From assembly GCA_965228855.1 (NCBI GenBank), contig CBDDIJ010000003.1, forward strand, positions 1,824,001 to 1,888,000: a DNA stretch of 64,000 nt. Direction: 5' to 3'. Position numbers and translations under genes: made by a program. The notes beneath the pieces were generated by a model. The model had not been told where the DNA came from. It did no database searches and was given only the letters and a program-made list of their open reading frames with translations. Origin of the DNA: Candidatus Obscuribacterales bacterium. Lineage in GTDB: Bacteria; Cyanobacteriota; Vampirovibrionia; Obscuribacterales; Obscuribacteraceae. The stretch's first letter is position 1, and every line of letters starts with the position of its first letter. This document shows, piece by piece, positions 9,806 to 19,724 of the stretch.

Positions 9806-11938
9806 ATGGCTATGGTTATGAATGAAAAGGGCTCCGGCGTGACATCAAGATTGGACAATCTTCGCAACATGGGGATTGCCGCACACATCGACGCAGGCAA
9901 AACAACTTGCACGGAAAGAATTCTGTTCTATAGCGGTCTTATCCACCGCATGGGAGAAGTGCACGAAGGCACCTCCGTTACGGACTGGATGGAGCAAGAG
10001 CGCGAGCGTGGTATCACAATCACGGCTGCTGCCATCACTTCCGAGTGGAAAGGCCACAGAATCAACTTGATCGACACCCCTGGACACGTTGACTTCACTG
10101 TTGAAGTTGAGCGCTCCATGCGGGTTCTGGATGGCGTTGTAATCGTTCTTTGCGCAGTTGCCGGTGTGCAACCGCAAACTTTGACGGTTTGGAAACAAGC
10201 AAACCGCTACCAAGTTCCGCGTATGATTCTCGTCAACAAAATGGACCGTCAAGGTGCTGATTTCTTCCGCGTTGTGAAGCAAGTCAAAGAAAACCTTCCT
10301 GGTCTTCACTCCACCTGGGCTAATGCGCATCCACTGCAAATGCCTATCGGTGCTGAAGCCAATTTCATCGGTATCGTCGATTTGCTCGAGCGCACTTCGG
10401 TCATCTACGAAGAAAACGATCCGCTCGGCAAAAATGCTAAGTACGGCGACATCCCTGGCGACATGAAAGATGAAGCCGAAGTATGGCGTGGTCAACTCGT
10501 CGAAGCTATCGTCGAAACCGACGATGAGCTGATGGCGAAATACCTCGAAGGTGAAGAATGCTCGCCTGCTGAACTCAAAGCTGCACTTCGTCAAGCAGTC
10601 ATCAACAACCAGATCGTTCCGATGCTCTGCGGTTCCGCATTCAAAAACAAAGGCGTACAGCCGCTCCTCGACTACATCGTCGACTTGCTGCCCTCGCCGG
10701 TTGAAGCAAAAGCAATCAAAGGCATCCTGCCGAACGGCGAAGAAGCTGAAAGACCTTCAGATGAAACCGCTCCGTTCGCCGGTCTCGCTTTCAAAGTTAT
10801 GAACGACCCCTTCGTCGGTAAGCTGACCTTCGTCCGCATCTACAGCGGCAAGATTACCGCTGGCTCCTACGCTCTCAACAGCACAAAGGGCAAGCGCGAA
10901 CGTATCAGCCGTTTGATTCAGCTCCAGGCTGACCAACGTACTGATATCCAGGAAGCTTACGCAGGAGACATCGTTGCTTGCGTCGGTTTGAAAGACACCA
11001 CCACTGGTGACACTCTCTGCGACGACTCGAAGCCGATCATCCTCGAATCGATGAACTTCCCTGATCCGGTTATCTCGGTCGCTATCGAACCGAAGACCAA
11101 AGCAGACAACGATAAGCTCGGTGGCGCTCTCTCCCGTCTCGTTGAAGAAGACCCGACCTTCAAGGTCCGCGTCGATCACGAAACCGGTCAGACCATCATC
11201 GCTGGTATGGGTGAACTTCACCTTGAAATCATCGTTGACCGTCTGCTTCGCGAATTCAAAGTCGAAGCGAACGTCGGTAAGCCGCAAGTTGCGTACCGCG
11301 AAACCATTCGCAGTTCCGCAAAAGCAGAAGGCAAATTCGTCAGACAGACTGGTGGTCGTGGTCAGTTCGGACATTGCTGGCTCGAAGTCGAAGCTGGCGA
11401 ACCCGGCTCCGGCATCGTATTCGTCAACAAAATCGTTGGCGGCGCGATTCCGAAAGAATACGTACCTGCTGTTGAAAACGGCGTAAGAGAAGCTTGCGTA
11501 GGCGGTGTCTATGCCGGTTATCCGATCATCGACGTCAAAGTCACCTGCTACGACGGTTCGTTCCACCCTGTTGACTCCAACGAAATGGCGTTCAAGATCG
11601 CTGGTTCGATGGGCTTCAAGGATGGTTTCAACAAAGCGAAGCCGGTGCTCCTCGAACCTATGATGAAAGTAGAAGTCGAAGTTCCGGAAGACTACATGGG
11701 AGACGTCATCGGCGACCTCTCAGGACGTCGTGGACGCATCGACGGCATGGAAACCATCGACAAATTGTCGAAGGTCAGAAGCCATGTTCCGCTGTCTGAG
11801 ATGTTCGGCTATGCAACCGACATCCGCAACAAGACCCGCGGTCAAGGTACCTTCACAATGGAATTCGCTAACTACGAAGAAGTGCCGTCAAACCTGGCGA
11901 CTCAAATCATCTCTGCTGGCAAAGAGAAGAAAGACTAG
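9806..11938 (+). CDS. fusA: elongation factor G
   Basis: [41 protein letters not shown]. Start placed at ATG 9806 (9812 or 9818 are also possible) rather than 9722. Confidence 0.98.
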   Translation: MAMVMNEKGSGVTSRLDNLRNMGIAAHIDAGKTTCTERILFYSGLIHRMGEVHEGTSVTDWMEQERERGITITAAAITSEWKGHRINLIDTPGHVDFTVEVERSMRVLDGVVIVLCAVAGVQPQTLTVWKQANRYQVPRMILVNKMDRQGADFFRVVKQVKENLPGLHSTWANAHPLQMPIGAEANFIGIVDLLERTSVIYEENDPLGKNAKYGDIPGDMKDEAEVWRGQLVEAIVETDDELMAKYLEGEECSPAELKAALRQAVINNQIVPMLCGSAFKNKGVQPLLDYIVDLLPSPVEAKAIKGILPNGEEAERPSDETAPFAGLAFKVMNDPFVGKLTFVRIYSGKITAGSYALNSTKGKRERISRLIQLQADQRTDIQEAYAGDIVACVGLKDTTTGDTLCDDSKPIILESMNFPDPVISVAIEPKTKADNDKLGGALSRLVEEDPTFKVRVDHETGQTIIAGMGELHLEIIVDRLLREFKVEANVGKPQVAYRETIRSSAKAEGKFVRQTGGRGQFGHCWLEVEAGEPGSGIVFVNKIVGGAIPKEYVPAVENGVREACVGGVYAGYPIIDVKVTCYDGSFHPVDSNEMAFKIAGSMGFKDGFNKAKPVLLEPMMKVEVEVPEDYMGDVIGDLSGRRGRIDGMETIDKLSKVRSHVPLSEMFGYATDIRNKTRGQGTFTMEFANYEEVPSNLATQIISAGKEKKD

Positions 11939-11967
11939 CCGCCTGAAGCGGATAAATAAACATCGGA

Positions 11968-11996
11968 GGCCGGTTGACAATCAACCGGTCTTTTTT
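11968..11996 (+). terminator. intrinsic terminator after fusA
   Basis: GGCCGGTTGA-CAA-TCAACCGGTC followed by TTTTTT. Confidence 0.85.
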
Positions 11997-12147
11997 GTGC
12001 GACACCAAAAGCTGCGCCAGGTCTTGGTTCGATCGAAGCCTTGAAGGTTATTTCGCCTCCACTGACAATTGGGAAAGGCTTGCAAATGGGGTACCATTTC
12101 TATGGACGGAACTTCCGAGTTTCATCGATTCCCACCCAGGAGATGTC

Positions 12148-12561
12148 ATGAAGTATCTGCATAGCGGCTACATTCTATTCTGCGAAAAAGCTGAACACGA
12201 CGACTGCGGCATGTTGAATGTCTACGGTCTATTCGACGTCCTCGAGGTCGCGGAGATACCCTCGATGATGAACTGCAACTGGGTGGTTGGATTCGGCACA
12301 CCTTACGAGCGCCGCACCTACAAAGGTCAGCTCACGGTCGAGAATCCCAAAGGCGAGCAAGTTTTAGTTCAAGAATTTGCGGCGAACGACCCCAACGACA
12401 TTTATAAGGGTCACTACGTGTTCAAGCCGGAGATAAATGTCGACCAGGAAGGCGCCTGGACGGTCAAAGTAGTTCTGCGCAATTGGAAAGACGAAAATAT
12501 GTGGGACATCGAGCGCCAGTTCTGGTGCATGCTCGAGTCGGACAGCCCGCCAGATCCATAA
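12148..12561 (+). CDS. hypothetical protein (predicted beta-rich)
   Basis: ATG 12148 after AGGAG gives a 137-aa protein MKYLHSGYILFCEKAEHDDCGMLNVYGLFD... Confidence 0.7.
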   Translation: MKYLHSGYILFCEKAEHDDCGMLNVYGLFDVLEVAEIPSMMNCNWVVGFGTPYERRTYKGQLTVENPKGEQVLVQEFAANDPNDIYKGHYVFKPEINVDQEGAWTVKVVLRNWKDENMWDIERQFWCMLESDSPPDP

Positions 12562-12567
12562 AGATCG

Positions 12568-13392
12568 CTAGCAAAAATTCAAAGTGTTAAACGAGGAGAG
12601 CGCCGGAAATAGTTCAGCACTCTTGAACTTGTGCGATGCCCGAAACTTTTGCGCTAAGGTTTTATACATTTGTCGAAAATCAATTTCGTCACTATATATG
12701 CCACCACTCACGCCACGTCCGACGGCAAACATCAGTCCGTTGCCACCGTGATCGGTACCACCCATCTCGTTCTCAAGCAGACTTCTCCCGAACTCTGAAT
12801 AGACCAGTATCAAGTCATCTGCTGTCGACTGACGCACAATTTTATCGATTAAAACTGAAAGACGACGAAGCGCCGCATGGTGCTGCGGTTTTTGCTCCGA
12901 GTGCGTGTCGAAACCATCAAGTGTGATGAGCGAAACGTGCTTACTTGCCGGCGCAAACCAGTCGTCACAATCAATTGAACCGGGCTTGCCGGTCCGCCAG
13001 ATTTCACTTGCGCGCTCATGCGACATGGTCAACCCATCACGGCAGCCGGTATTAGGAAAAGCTGCAACCATGCCGGTTCTGAACAGTTCAGCGACTTCCT
13101 TAAGCGCCGAATTAAATGCGTATTCGCCACTCACCTTAACGAGCTCGTCACCATGCAATGCGATCGTCGGTCTGCTCTTGTAGTACGCCAGTGAAGAATA
13201 TGGAACCAGGGTATTGATACCGTCATTGCCACCACTGAGGTGGATGATAGTCAGGTTTAAACACTGTCTAACTTCCGGCAATACCAGCGGTGATGCAATG
13301 GCCGATGGCGCGAAGAGCGCAGCTGCTCCTGCGACTCCTGTGATAAACTTTCGGCGTGAAATCTGTGACTTCCGATTCAAGGCGTTTTTCAA
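12568..13392 (-). CDS. DUF1501 domain protein with Tat signal (short)
   Basis: Twin-arginine SRRKFITG; LSGGNDGINTLVPY, GFDTHSEQ, YSEFGRS, GGTDHG. Confidence 0.8.
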   Translation of the reverse strand: MKNALNRKSQISRRKFITGVAGAAALFAPSAIASPLVLPEVRQCLNLTIIHLSGGNDGINTLVPYSSLAYYKSRPTIALHGDELVKVSGEYAFNSALKEVAELFRTGMVAAFPNTGCRDGLTMSHERASEIWRTGKPGSIDCDDWFAPASKHVSLITLDGFDTHSEQKPQHHAALRRLSVLIDKIVRQSTADDLILVYSEFGRSLLENEMGGTDHGGNGLMFAVGRGVSGGIYSDEIDFRQMYKTLAQKFRASHKFKSAELFPALSSFNTLNFC

Positions 13393-13980
13393 TTAGCCGC
13401 TTCCCTTGCCGTTCTTCGCTTCTTCCTCTCGCTCCTCGCCTTCCGCAATCCGTTTGACATAATTCAATCTTCTGTGGATATCCTGGTGCGTTTGCAAATG
13501 TTGTAAAAAGTCCTTACCAGGTACATTAGCTTCAGAATCAAGGAACGATGTCAATTTTACCAAAGTAGTCTTTCCGTCGCCCACCGGCGAAATCTGCCAA
13601 TTGCCCTCAAATATCTTGAGTTTGTTGGAGGAAAGCAATTGAAAGTCGATACGTGAGTAAGGCTCTTCAGTTTCTTTATACGTGCATTCGACATCACCTA
13701 ATACAGGCACCGATGGAAAGGTCTCTTTGATAGTGGTGCAGTTTTTCTGTTCTTCGAGAACTTTTCGCTTTAACGGCTCAGCTTTTCGGTAAGTGCGAAT
13801 AGCGTCGAAAACCTCTTTAGGGGTCGCTTTCACGATAACTTTACTGACGACACCGGTCATCTCTTTGTGGGACTCTGCACGCAGCATTCCGGCTGTAGAG
13901 ATTGAAACCGTAGCACTGAGTGCGGTCGCACAAATAATTCGAACAATGTTATTCGTTACCGGCATCAGAAGCATCCTCAT
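13393..13980 (-). CDS. SRPBCC/START (polyketide cyclase-like) family secreted protein
   Basis: Signal peptide; VKATPKEVFDAI and RIDFQLLSSNKLKIFEGNWQISP. Confidence 0.7.
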   Translation of the reverse strand: MRMLLMPVTNNIVRIICATALSATVSISTAGMLRAESHKEMTGVVSKVIVKATPKEVFDAIRTYRKAEPLKRKVLEEQKNCTTIKETFPSVPVLGDVECTYKETEEPYSRIDFQLLSSNKLKIFEGNWQISPVGDGKTTLVKLTSFLDSEANVPGKDFLQHLQTHQDIHRRLNYVKRIAEGEEREEEAKNGKGSG

Positions 13981-14024
13981 ATAATTGCCGTATTAGACTC
14001 GATGTGACATCCGTTAGTTAGAAA

Positions 14025-14996
14025 TTAACCCGGTTTGTTCGTTGAGTAAACGCTCTCAATCTGTTTCCTCGCTTCGATCGCAGTCTTGCACAAAGGATCG
14101 ATTTTAAGGGCCGCATCGCAGTCTTGACGAGCAAGGTCCAGCCTTTCCAGATGCAGATACACAAGCGCTCGGGAGCCCAATTCTTTCGCGCGCCATTCGT
14201 CAGCGGTGGCAAGACTGAGCGCGAAGTTCACTGAACTCAAGGCCTCATTAAACTGCTTTAGCTTGTCCTGTGAAACAGCAAGCTGCCAATACGCGGCACC
14301 ACATGCGGCATCACGCTTTAAAGCATCACGTGCCATCGAAATCGCCTTATCGGTTTCTCCTCTGCCATTAAAAATAGCCGACATGATCACGAATGGTATT
14401 GGGCGCTCTTTGTACATTTCGATAGACTTTTGAGCATCCAGCATAGCTTTATCATACTGTCCAAGCTCATACTCAGCGAGCGCCCGCGCTTCAAATGCAG
14501 TAGACCAATATGCATGTCTCTCCAGCGCTTTGTTTGCATCAGTTATGGCTCTGTCGAAACGGTTTAGCCTGGTGTTAATCCAGGATACGATCGAAAAGTC
14601 TTCAGCCGTGGCAGAGCCGCTATCGACTATGTGCTCGAAGTCCGCCAGCGCTTTGGCGTTCTCATCGAGTTCGAACAGCGCCTTTCCTCGAAGCCGAAAC
14701 AGAGCCAAATCATCTTTGTCGAGTTCGATCGCTTGATCGCAGTTTTTCACAACCTCGGTCCATATCCCGTCAATGGCATACGCACGCGCACGCGCAGCAT
14801 AACCGGCCCCTGATTTCGGGTTACGTTTCAAGTAGATGTCGAGAAACGCAACATCGCCAATCGCCTGACTGAATTTGTCCAGGAACTTCCAATCCCATGA
14901 GTCAGGAAGCGGAGTCTGGATAATCAAACCGTTTAGAAAAACAACTGCAGCAATCAGAATGGACTCAAAGATACCAATCAACCGATTAGAACTCAT
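14025..14996 (-). CDS. TPR-repeat protein with N-terminal membrane anchor
   Basis: Multiple TPR units (e.g. RGKALFELDENAKALADF, RALVYLHLERLDLARQDCDAAL). ATG 14996 overlaps the upstream TGA (ATGA). Confidence 0.85.
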   Translation of the reverse strand: MSSNRLIGIFESILIAAVVFLNGLIIQTPLPDSWDWKFLDKFSQAIGDVAFLDIYLKRNPKSGAGYAARARAYAIDGIWTEVVKNCDQAIELDKDDLALFRLRGKALFELDENAKALADFEHIVDSGSATAEDFSIVSWINTRLNRFDRAITDANKALERHAYWSTAFEARALAEYELGQYDKAMLDAQKSIEMYKERPIPFVIMSAIFNGRGETDKAISMARDALKRDAACGAAYWQLAVSQDKLKQFNEALSSVNFALSLATADEWRAKELGSRALVYLHLERLDLARQDCDAALKIDPLCKTAIEARKQIESVYSTNKPG

Positions 14997-16645
14997 TGCT
15001 GCGACCTCCGCTTCCATACCGCACAGCCATCAACCATACCCATCGGGTCGTAGCCAACGAGAGCTCGCTGGATAAACCGATGCTCTTCCAATGCGCGAGC
15101 TAGCGTCCATCCACCGGGCTGCGTCACCCATGCTTCCATGATCACGAGCCGCGGTTTTCCAGCCACCACATCTTCAACAATTTCTGTGACGACGGTTTCC
15201 TCCTGCCTTTTGACCAATTCACGATTATCGTTTGTCCTCTGCAAAAAACTGGTCATTCGCAACGGGAAACACCACACATAGCGAGTCGCAGGCGTCAGAT
15301 CTTTCTTCAATTGCAATTGATGCGCATGCGGTAGCATGGTGTGCAATATGACAATTGAGTCTCCAGACTTCGTTTCCTTGTCAACCAACGCATCCAGAGT
15401 ATCGAATGTCTTGCCCGTCACTATGCTGTTCTTCACTAAGAACGGAGTGACAGGCATTAAGATGCACGACCATAACAGAAATGAGATCACGGCGAACTGA
15501 CGCGCATTCGATGAGAGGGAACGCGCAGCGTTAATCTTTGAAGCAACAAAACTCAGGATGAACTCGACTACCGTATACATAACGACGGAGGAGACGAGGA
15601 AGAAGCCTGACACGCATGGTATCGATTGATACGACCAGCCTCGCCCCTGGATGAGGAAAATGAGCAGACCGCCAATTCCCCACGCTATCAATGGTGGAAT
15701 CAGCGATGAACGTTTCCACAAACACAGCGCGCAAGTCAAAATGACGGAAGCGATGATTGGATTGGCAAGCAAATGCCCATCGGGGCTGGTGAACGAGAGA
15801 ATATCCAGTGAAGGAGCATTGTAAGCAGCATAACCGGAGGTCAGAAACGGAATCCAACGCGTGTAGTATTCGCCAATGTTCGGAATCGCAAAAGAAGCCA
15901 GAAAGCAGACAAGCAGCGTGACTATCAAGGCGATTTGCTCCGCGGCAAGGAAGCAATTGCGCCACTGCTTCCGGTGCCGGGTAGAAACAAACAGCGTCAG
16001 TTCAATAAGGATGAGAACGAGCAGGAACTGAGGCTTAACATACGTGCTTGCACCACAGGCGACACCAAGTACTGCGGCTACTAAATTCTTCGAAGTAGGG
16101 TAACGATTGTGCCATCGGAGCCAACGCAGCAGGAACAGAGGGAAATAAGCCAGTACGAAGAAATGCTCACGCTGACCGAAGTGGAATCCGAGTGTTAGTT
16201 GAAACAGGAAAAACGCCGTGACAAGCGGACCGACAGAAATCAAATCTCGGCGAGTGAGCGAGCCCTGTTTCTCGAGACTAGCGGCAGCGGATAGACTAGC
16301 TTGTTGCAAAACTGCAACGGTCGCAAAACCTGACAGATAGACTGCACCGAGGACAATGAACTGCCAAACCACGGTAATCGGTAGCGATGTCAGCTTCGAA
16401 ATCCACCACGGCGGCACGGCAAAATAAAGGATAATTGGAGGGAGCAGATCGACAAGCTGCTGTTTCCCATTAAGCAAAAGTTTAGAACCAAGAAGGTAGA
16501 ATGCGCAGTCATAGTTTACAACCCCTGGCGCACTGAGAACCGCATAGAGCAACAACCCGAATACGGTAGCAACAGGAATTGCAACCAGCTGCACCGGATA
16601 TGGTGCTTGCGCGAACGCGTTTCTGTTAGTAGAATCCGTGCTCAT
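14993..16645 (-). CDS. polytopic membrane protein, putative GT-C-type glycosyltransferase (paralogue 2)
   Basis: Many hydrophobic segments; NYDCAFYL, GQREHFFVL, VKPQF, QGRGWSYQ. ATGA overlap with the upstream gene. Confidence 0.6.
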   Translation of the reverse strand: MSTDSTNRNAFAQAPYPVQLVAIPVATVFGLLLYAVLSAPGVVNYDCAFYLLGSKLLLNGKQQLVDLLPPIILYFAVPPWWISKLTSLPITVVWQFIVLGAVYLSGFATVAVLQQASLSAAASLEKQGSLTRRDLISVGPLVTAFFLFQLTLGFHFGQREHFFVLAYFPLFLLRWLRWHNRYPTSKNLVAAVLGVACGASTYVKPQFLLVLILIELTLFVSTRHRKQWRNCFLAAEQIALIVTLLVCFLASFAIPNIGEYYTRWIPFLTSGYAAYNAPSLDILSFTSPDGHLLANPIIASVILTCALCLWKRSSLIPPLIAWGIGGLLIFLIQGRGWSYQSIPCVSGFFLVSSVVMYTVVEFILSFVASKINAARSLSSNARQFAVISFLLWSCILMPVTPFLVKNSIVTGKTFDTLDALVDKETKSGDSIVILHTMLPHAHQLQLKKDLTPATRYVWCFPLRMTSFLQRTNDNRELVKRQEETVVTEIVEDVVAGKPRLVIMEAWVTQPGGWTLARALEEHRFIQRALVGYDPMGMVDGCAVWKRRSQQ

Positions 16646-18264
16646 TTCAACTTCCAAAGTGCAAACCCGTTTTCGCCGCGGAGCGGTTCATAACCGTTGA
16701 GAACCTCACTTACCGCTGGATCTTGAAACAAATCACGGTGCAAGGATTCGTTCCATTTGTCAAACGCTATTAGCTTCGGCTTCGCATTACGTATGTCCGT
16801 GACGACATCCTTAATGAACGAAGCATATTCCGCGTCCCATTTTTTGCCGTCCGGTCCTTTTCGCAGCATCTCGACCATTGGCACGTTAAAACACCACAGA
16901 TAGCGCGCGGCCTGCCTCCGCTCCATCTGAAGGATTACGGGAAAAGCGGCTGAAAAATTAGTTGTTAGAATCAACACGTTGTCTTTCGGTTTAGTCTCAC
17001 GAGCGATCACCGTATCCAATACCGGAAGGATTTTCGCGGAAACTGAACTGTTGTGAATCAACGACGCGGCAAATGGAATTGATAGTGCACCGTAAAAGAG
17101 AAAGGCTATGACAGCGGACTGAGACAAAACCATGTGGTTTTCATCCGTATTTATGGTCTTAGAACTCCAGTAATCCCCACTCTTATTCAACCAGCTTAAC
17201 CCACGAAGCAGGTAAATCGCACACATTCCAACCACGATGGTAGCCGTCAGATAGTAGCCTGCAACCATTGGAATAGAATGGTAAGCCCATCCCTTACCCT
17301 GCAGAGCATAGATTGCAAAACCAGAAATCGTCCACACCAGAAGTGGTGCAAGCAAACTTGTAGTTCTGATTAAAAACAAGCCTAGTAGAACAAACGCGAT
17401 AACAACAAGGCGGTTGCCGACCAGCTGCCCGTGAATGCTTTCGAAGCTGAATAGAGCGGCCTTGGAAACGTCAAACGCCTGATAGCCATTCACAACCAGT
17501 GGCATAATTCGATCGTAGTATTCGCCAATATTTGGGATAGCGAATGATACGAGTGGGCACGCTGCGCCGATGGCAACAAAAGCCAGAACCTCCTGTGCTC
17601 TTAAAAGGGCATAGTATGCTCGACGCTTCCGGAGAACGGCGTTTAAAAACCAGTACAACTCAAGAGCGAAAACAGTGACACAGAAATACGGTTTTACGAA
17701 ACAAATGAAACCGCATGCAGTACCAGTGCTTATAGCGATCCGTTTGTCAACTTCCAGTCCAAGAAGCCTTTTCCAGCGCAGGAGAAAAAACAGAAAGAAC
17801 GTGAGGACAAAAAGATGTTCTCTTTGACCGAGGTGATAGGACATCACCAGATTCCACAGCAGGAAACCACAAAAAAGAGGTCCGACCATAAGCCAGTCCC
17901 TTGCCGTATGTTTATCCGCATCCTTCTCTACAATCAAGATCGCAAGTATGTAAGTTGCGCAAATAAAGCCAAAACAGAGCAAATTCCAGGTTAGCGCCAC
18001 AGGCAGAGCAAAACTTTGACAGAGTAAACAAAACGGCACGAGAGCGTAGAAGGTGAGCGGTGGCGCCATATCGAGAAAGCCGCTCATCGGATGCCTTCCA
18101 TCGAGGATGAGCTGCGCACCGTGCAGAATAAACGCGCAATCGTGATTTATTGTATTTGGCTGAGACAGGATGGAAAATAACAACTGTGACAACAGCACCA
18201 CGCCTGGTATCACTAGAAGTTTAAGCGGGTAAAACCGGCGGTCGTTGTTTTGATTCGCCTCCAC
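16642..18264 (-). CDS. polytopic membrane protein, putative GT-C-type glycosyltransferase (paralogue 1)
   Basis: NHDCAFIL, DMAPPL, GQREHLFVL, VKPYF, QGKGWAYH; clearly paralogous to the adjacent gene. Confidence 0.6.
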   Translation of the reverse strand: MEANQNNDRRFYPLKLLVIPGVVLLSQLLFSILSQPNTINHDCAFILHGAQLILDGRHPMSGFLDMAPPLTFYALVPFCLLCQSFALPVALTWNLLCFGFICATYILAILIVEKDADKHTARDWLMVGPLFCGFLLWNLVMSYHLGQREHLFVLTFFLFFLLRWKRLLGLEVDKRIAISTGTACGFICFVKPYFCVTVFALELYWFLNAVLRKRRAYYALLRAQEVLAFVAIGAACPLVSFAIPNIGEYYDRIMPLVVNGYQAFDVSKAALFSFESIHGQLVGNRLVVIAFVLLGLFLIRTTSLLAPLLVWTISGFAIYALQGKGWAYHSIPMVAGYYLTATIVVGMCAIYLLRGLSWLNKSGDYWSSKTINTDENHMVLSQSAVIAFLFYGALSIPFAASLIHNSSVSAKILPVLDTVIARETKPKDNVLILTTNFSAAFPVILQMERRQAARYLWCFNVPMVEMLRKGPDGKKWDAEYASFIKDVVTDIRNAKPKLIAFDKWNESLHRDLFQDPAVSEVLNGYEPLRGENGFALWKLK

Positions 18265-18363
18265 TGGCAGCCTCGAAAACTAGCTCCGCGTATGATAAAC
18301 CATTCGACCGCTGCTGACGCGATGAAAACGTCGCGCTGATCAGGTTTTAAATTCTCAAATTTA

Positions 18364-18436
18364 TGGACGGTACTGGACTCGAACCAGTGGCCCCCACTAT
18401 GTCAAAGTGGTGCGCTACCAACTGCGCCAACCGTCC
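18364..18436 (-). tRNA. tRNA-Val(GAC)
   Basis: Minus strand GGACGGT...ACCGTCCA; anticodon arm CCACT-TTGACAT-AGTGG; T arm GGTTCGAGTCC. CCA end not encoded. Confidence 0.96.
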
Positions 18437-18486
18437 GTAGGTTTTAAATTGTATCCTCAAATCGGGATTCGTTCAATGAAAGGTAA

Positions 18487-18557
18487 AGGCGGCACCCAGA
18501 TTCGAACTGGGGGTAGAGGTTTTGCAGACCTCGGCCTTACCACTTGGCTATGCCGCC
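18487..18557 (-). tRNA. tRNA-Cys(GCA)
   Basis: Minus strand GGCGGCA...TGCCGCCT; anticodon arm GAGGT-CTGCAAA-ACCTC; U discriminator base. CCA end not encoded. Confidence 0.96.
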
Positions 18558-18701
18558 AGAATTCAAAAGACAAGACCAGCAGCCGAAACAGCCGCTGGGT
18601 ATGTATCCTAAATCGTTTAAACCGCGATTGTCAACGAATGGTCACATTGCGTAACCGAATTGAGGGCACAATATTAACAACGAAAGGCAAGGAGTTTTCA
18701 T

Positions 18702-19724
18702 CTGTTTAGGTTCGTATTAAAACGGCTGCTGGCGGCTATTCCGCTGCTTTTCGTGCTCTCGATCGTTTCGTTCGGATTGATTCGCTCACTTCCGGGCGAT
18801 CCCGTTGATGCAATGATGGGCGGCAATACGCGGGATATCGACCCGCGCGAATTAGCGGCTATCAGGAGCGAATTCGGGTTGGACCAGCCAATCCCGAAGC
18901 AGTACGCATCCTGGCTAAAAGGTTTTATCGGACAGGGCGAACTGGGTCGTTCATATCAAGACAATCGGAAGGTGATGGTTGTCATTGGCGAACGCATTCC
19001 AGCGACAATGACTCTGGTCGGCATCGCGCTGATTTTGAGCTTTGCAAATGGCATTTTCTGGGGGCTCGTGATGATCACGGTCCGTTTTAAGTTTCGCAGC
19101 CGCTTGCTTGAAGCGCCTTTTGTCGGCACCGCCCTCCTGCTTCATTCCGTACCGGCCTTTTTTCTCGGGCTTCTTGTAATCTACGGCGTGACAATAATAC
19201 CGGCGTTCCACTCCATTCCGTTGTTCGGTGCGTTGAGAGCGGACGAAGCGGCGACGCCGGCGAATCTCTTAAAATTTGCAATCTTGCCCGCCCTGACGCT
19301 AGCTCTCAGCAGGAGCGCCAAAGTTGCTCTTTTTGTTCGCTCGCTCGCACTTGATGAAATTACTCGCGGTTACGTAACAACCGCGTTAGCTAAAGGATTG
19401 TCGTATTCGCAGGTTGTCGTACGTCACGTTGCTCGAAACTGTTTGGTTCCAATCGTCAACCTTCTCGCTTTATCTCTGCCGTCTTTAATCGGAGGCTCTG
19501 TCCTGATCGAAACGATTTTTGCCTGGCCGGGTACCGGGAGGCTGGCAGTAGAAGCCACTTTCGGCAGAAATTTTCCAGTCATGACGACGCTTGTGATGAT
19601 TTATGGAACTATGGTCGTTCTTTCAAATCTCGTTGCCGACCTTCTTCAGGGACTTGCCGATCCGAGAATTGCCGAGTCGATTGCCAACAACCAGACCACA
19701 GTGACGCGAGCGAGAAGCATCTAA
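18702..19724 (+). CDS. peptide/nickel ABC transporter permease (DppB/OppB-like)
   Basis: LPGDPV, FGLDQP, GELGRSY, YVTTALAKGL, ETIFAWPG. The N-terminus extends in frame to a CTG at 18702 behind AAGGAG. Confidence 0.9.
   Translation: MFRFVLKRLLAAIPLLFVLSIVSFGLIRSLPGDPVDAMMGGNTRDIDPRELAAIRSEFGLDQPIPKQYASWLKGFIGQGELGRSYQDNRKVMVVIGERIPATMTLVGIALILSFANGIFWGLVMITVRFKFRSRLLEAPFVGTALLLHSVPAFFLGLLVIYGVTIIPAFHSIPLFGALRADEAATPANLLKFAILPALTLALSRSAKVALFVRSLALDEITRGYVTTALAKGLSYSQVVVRHVARNCLVPIVNLLALSLPSLIGGSVLIETIFAWPGTGRLAVEATFGRNFPVMTTLVMIYGTMVVLSNLVADLLQGLADPRIAESIANNQTTVTRARSI

Noticed and set aside
9845..11566. Long antisense ORFs (249 and 269 aa) within fusA; similar ones within rpsL/rpsG, ccoO and ccoN
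   Set aside because: Shadow ORFs expected from codon bias in highly expressed genes; no recognisable motifs.
18407..18709. 100-aa plus-strand ORF over the tRNA genes
   Set aside because: It is antisense to two clear tRNAs and overlaps the permease start; spurious.
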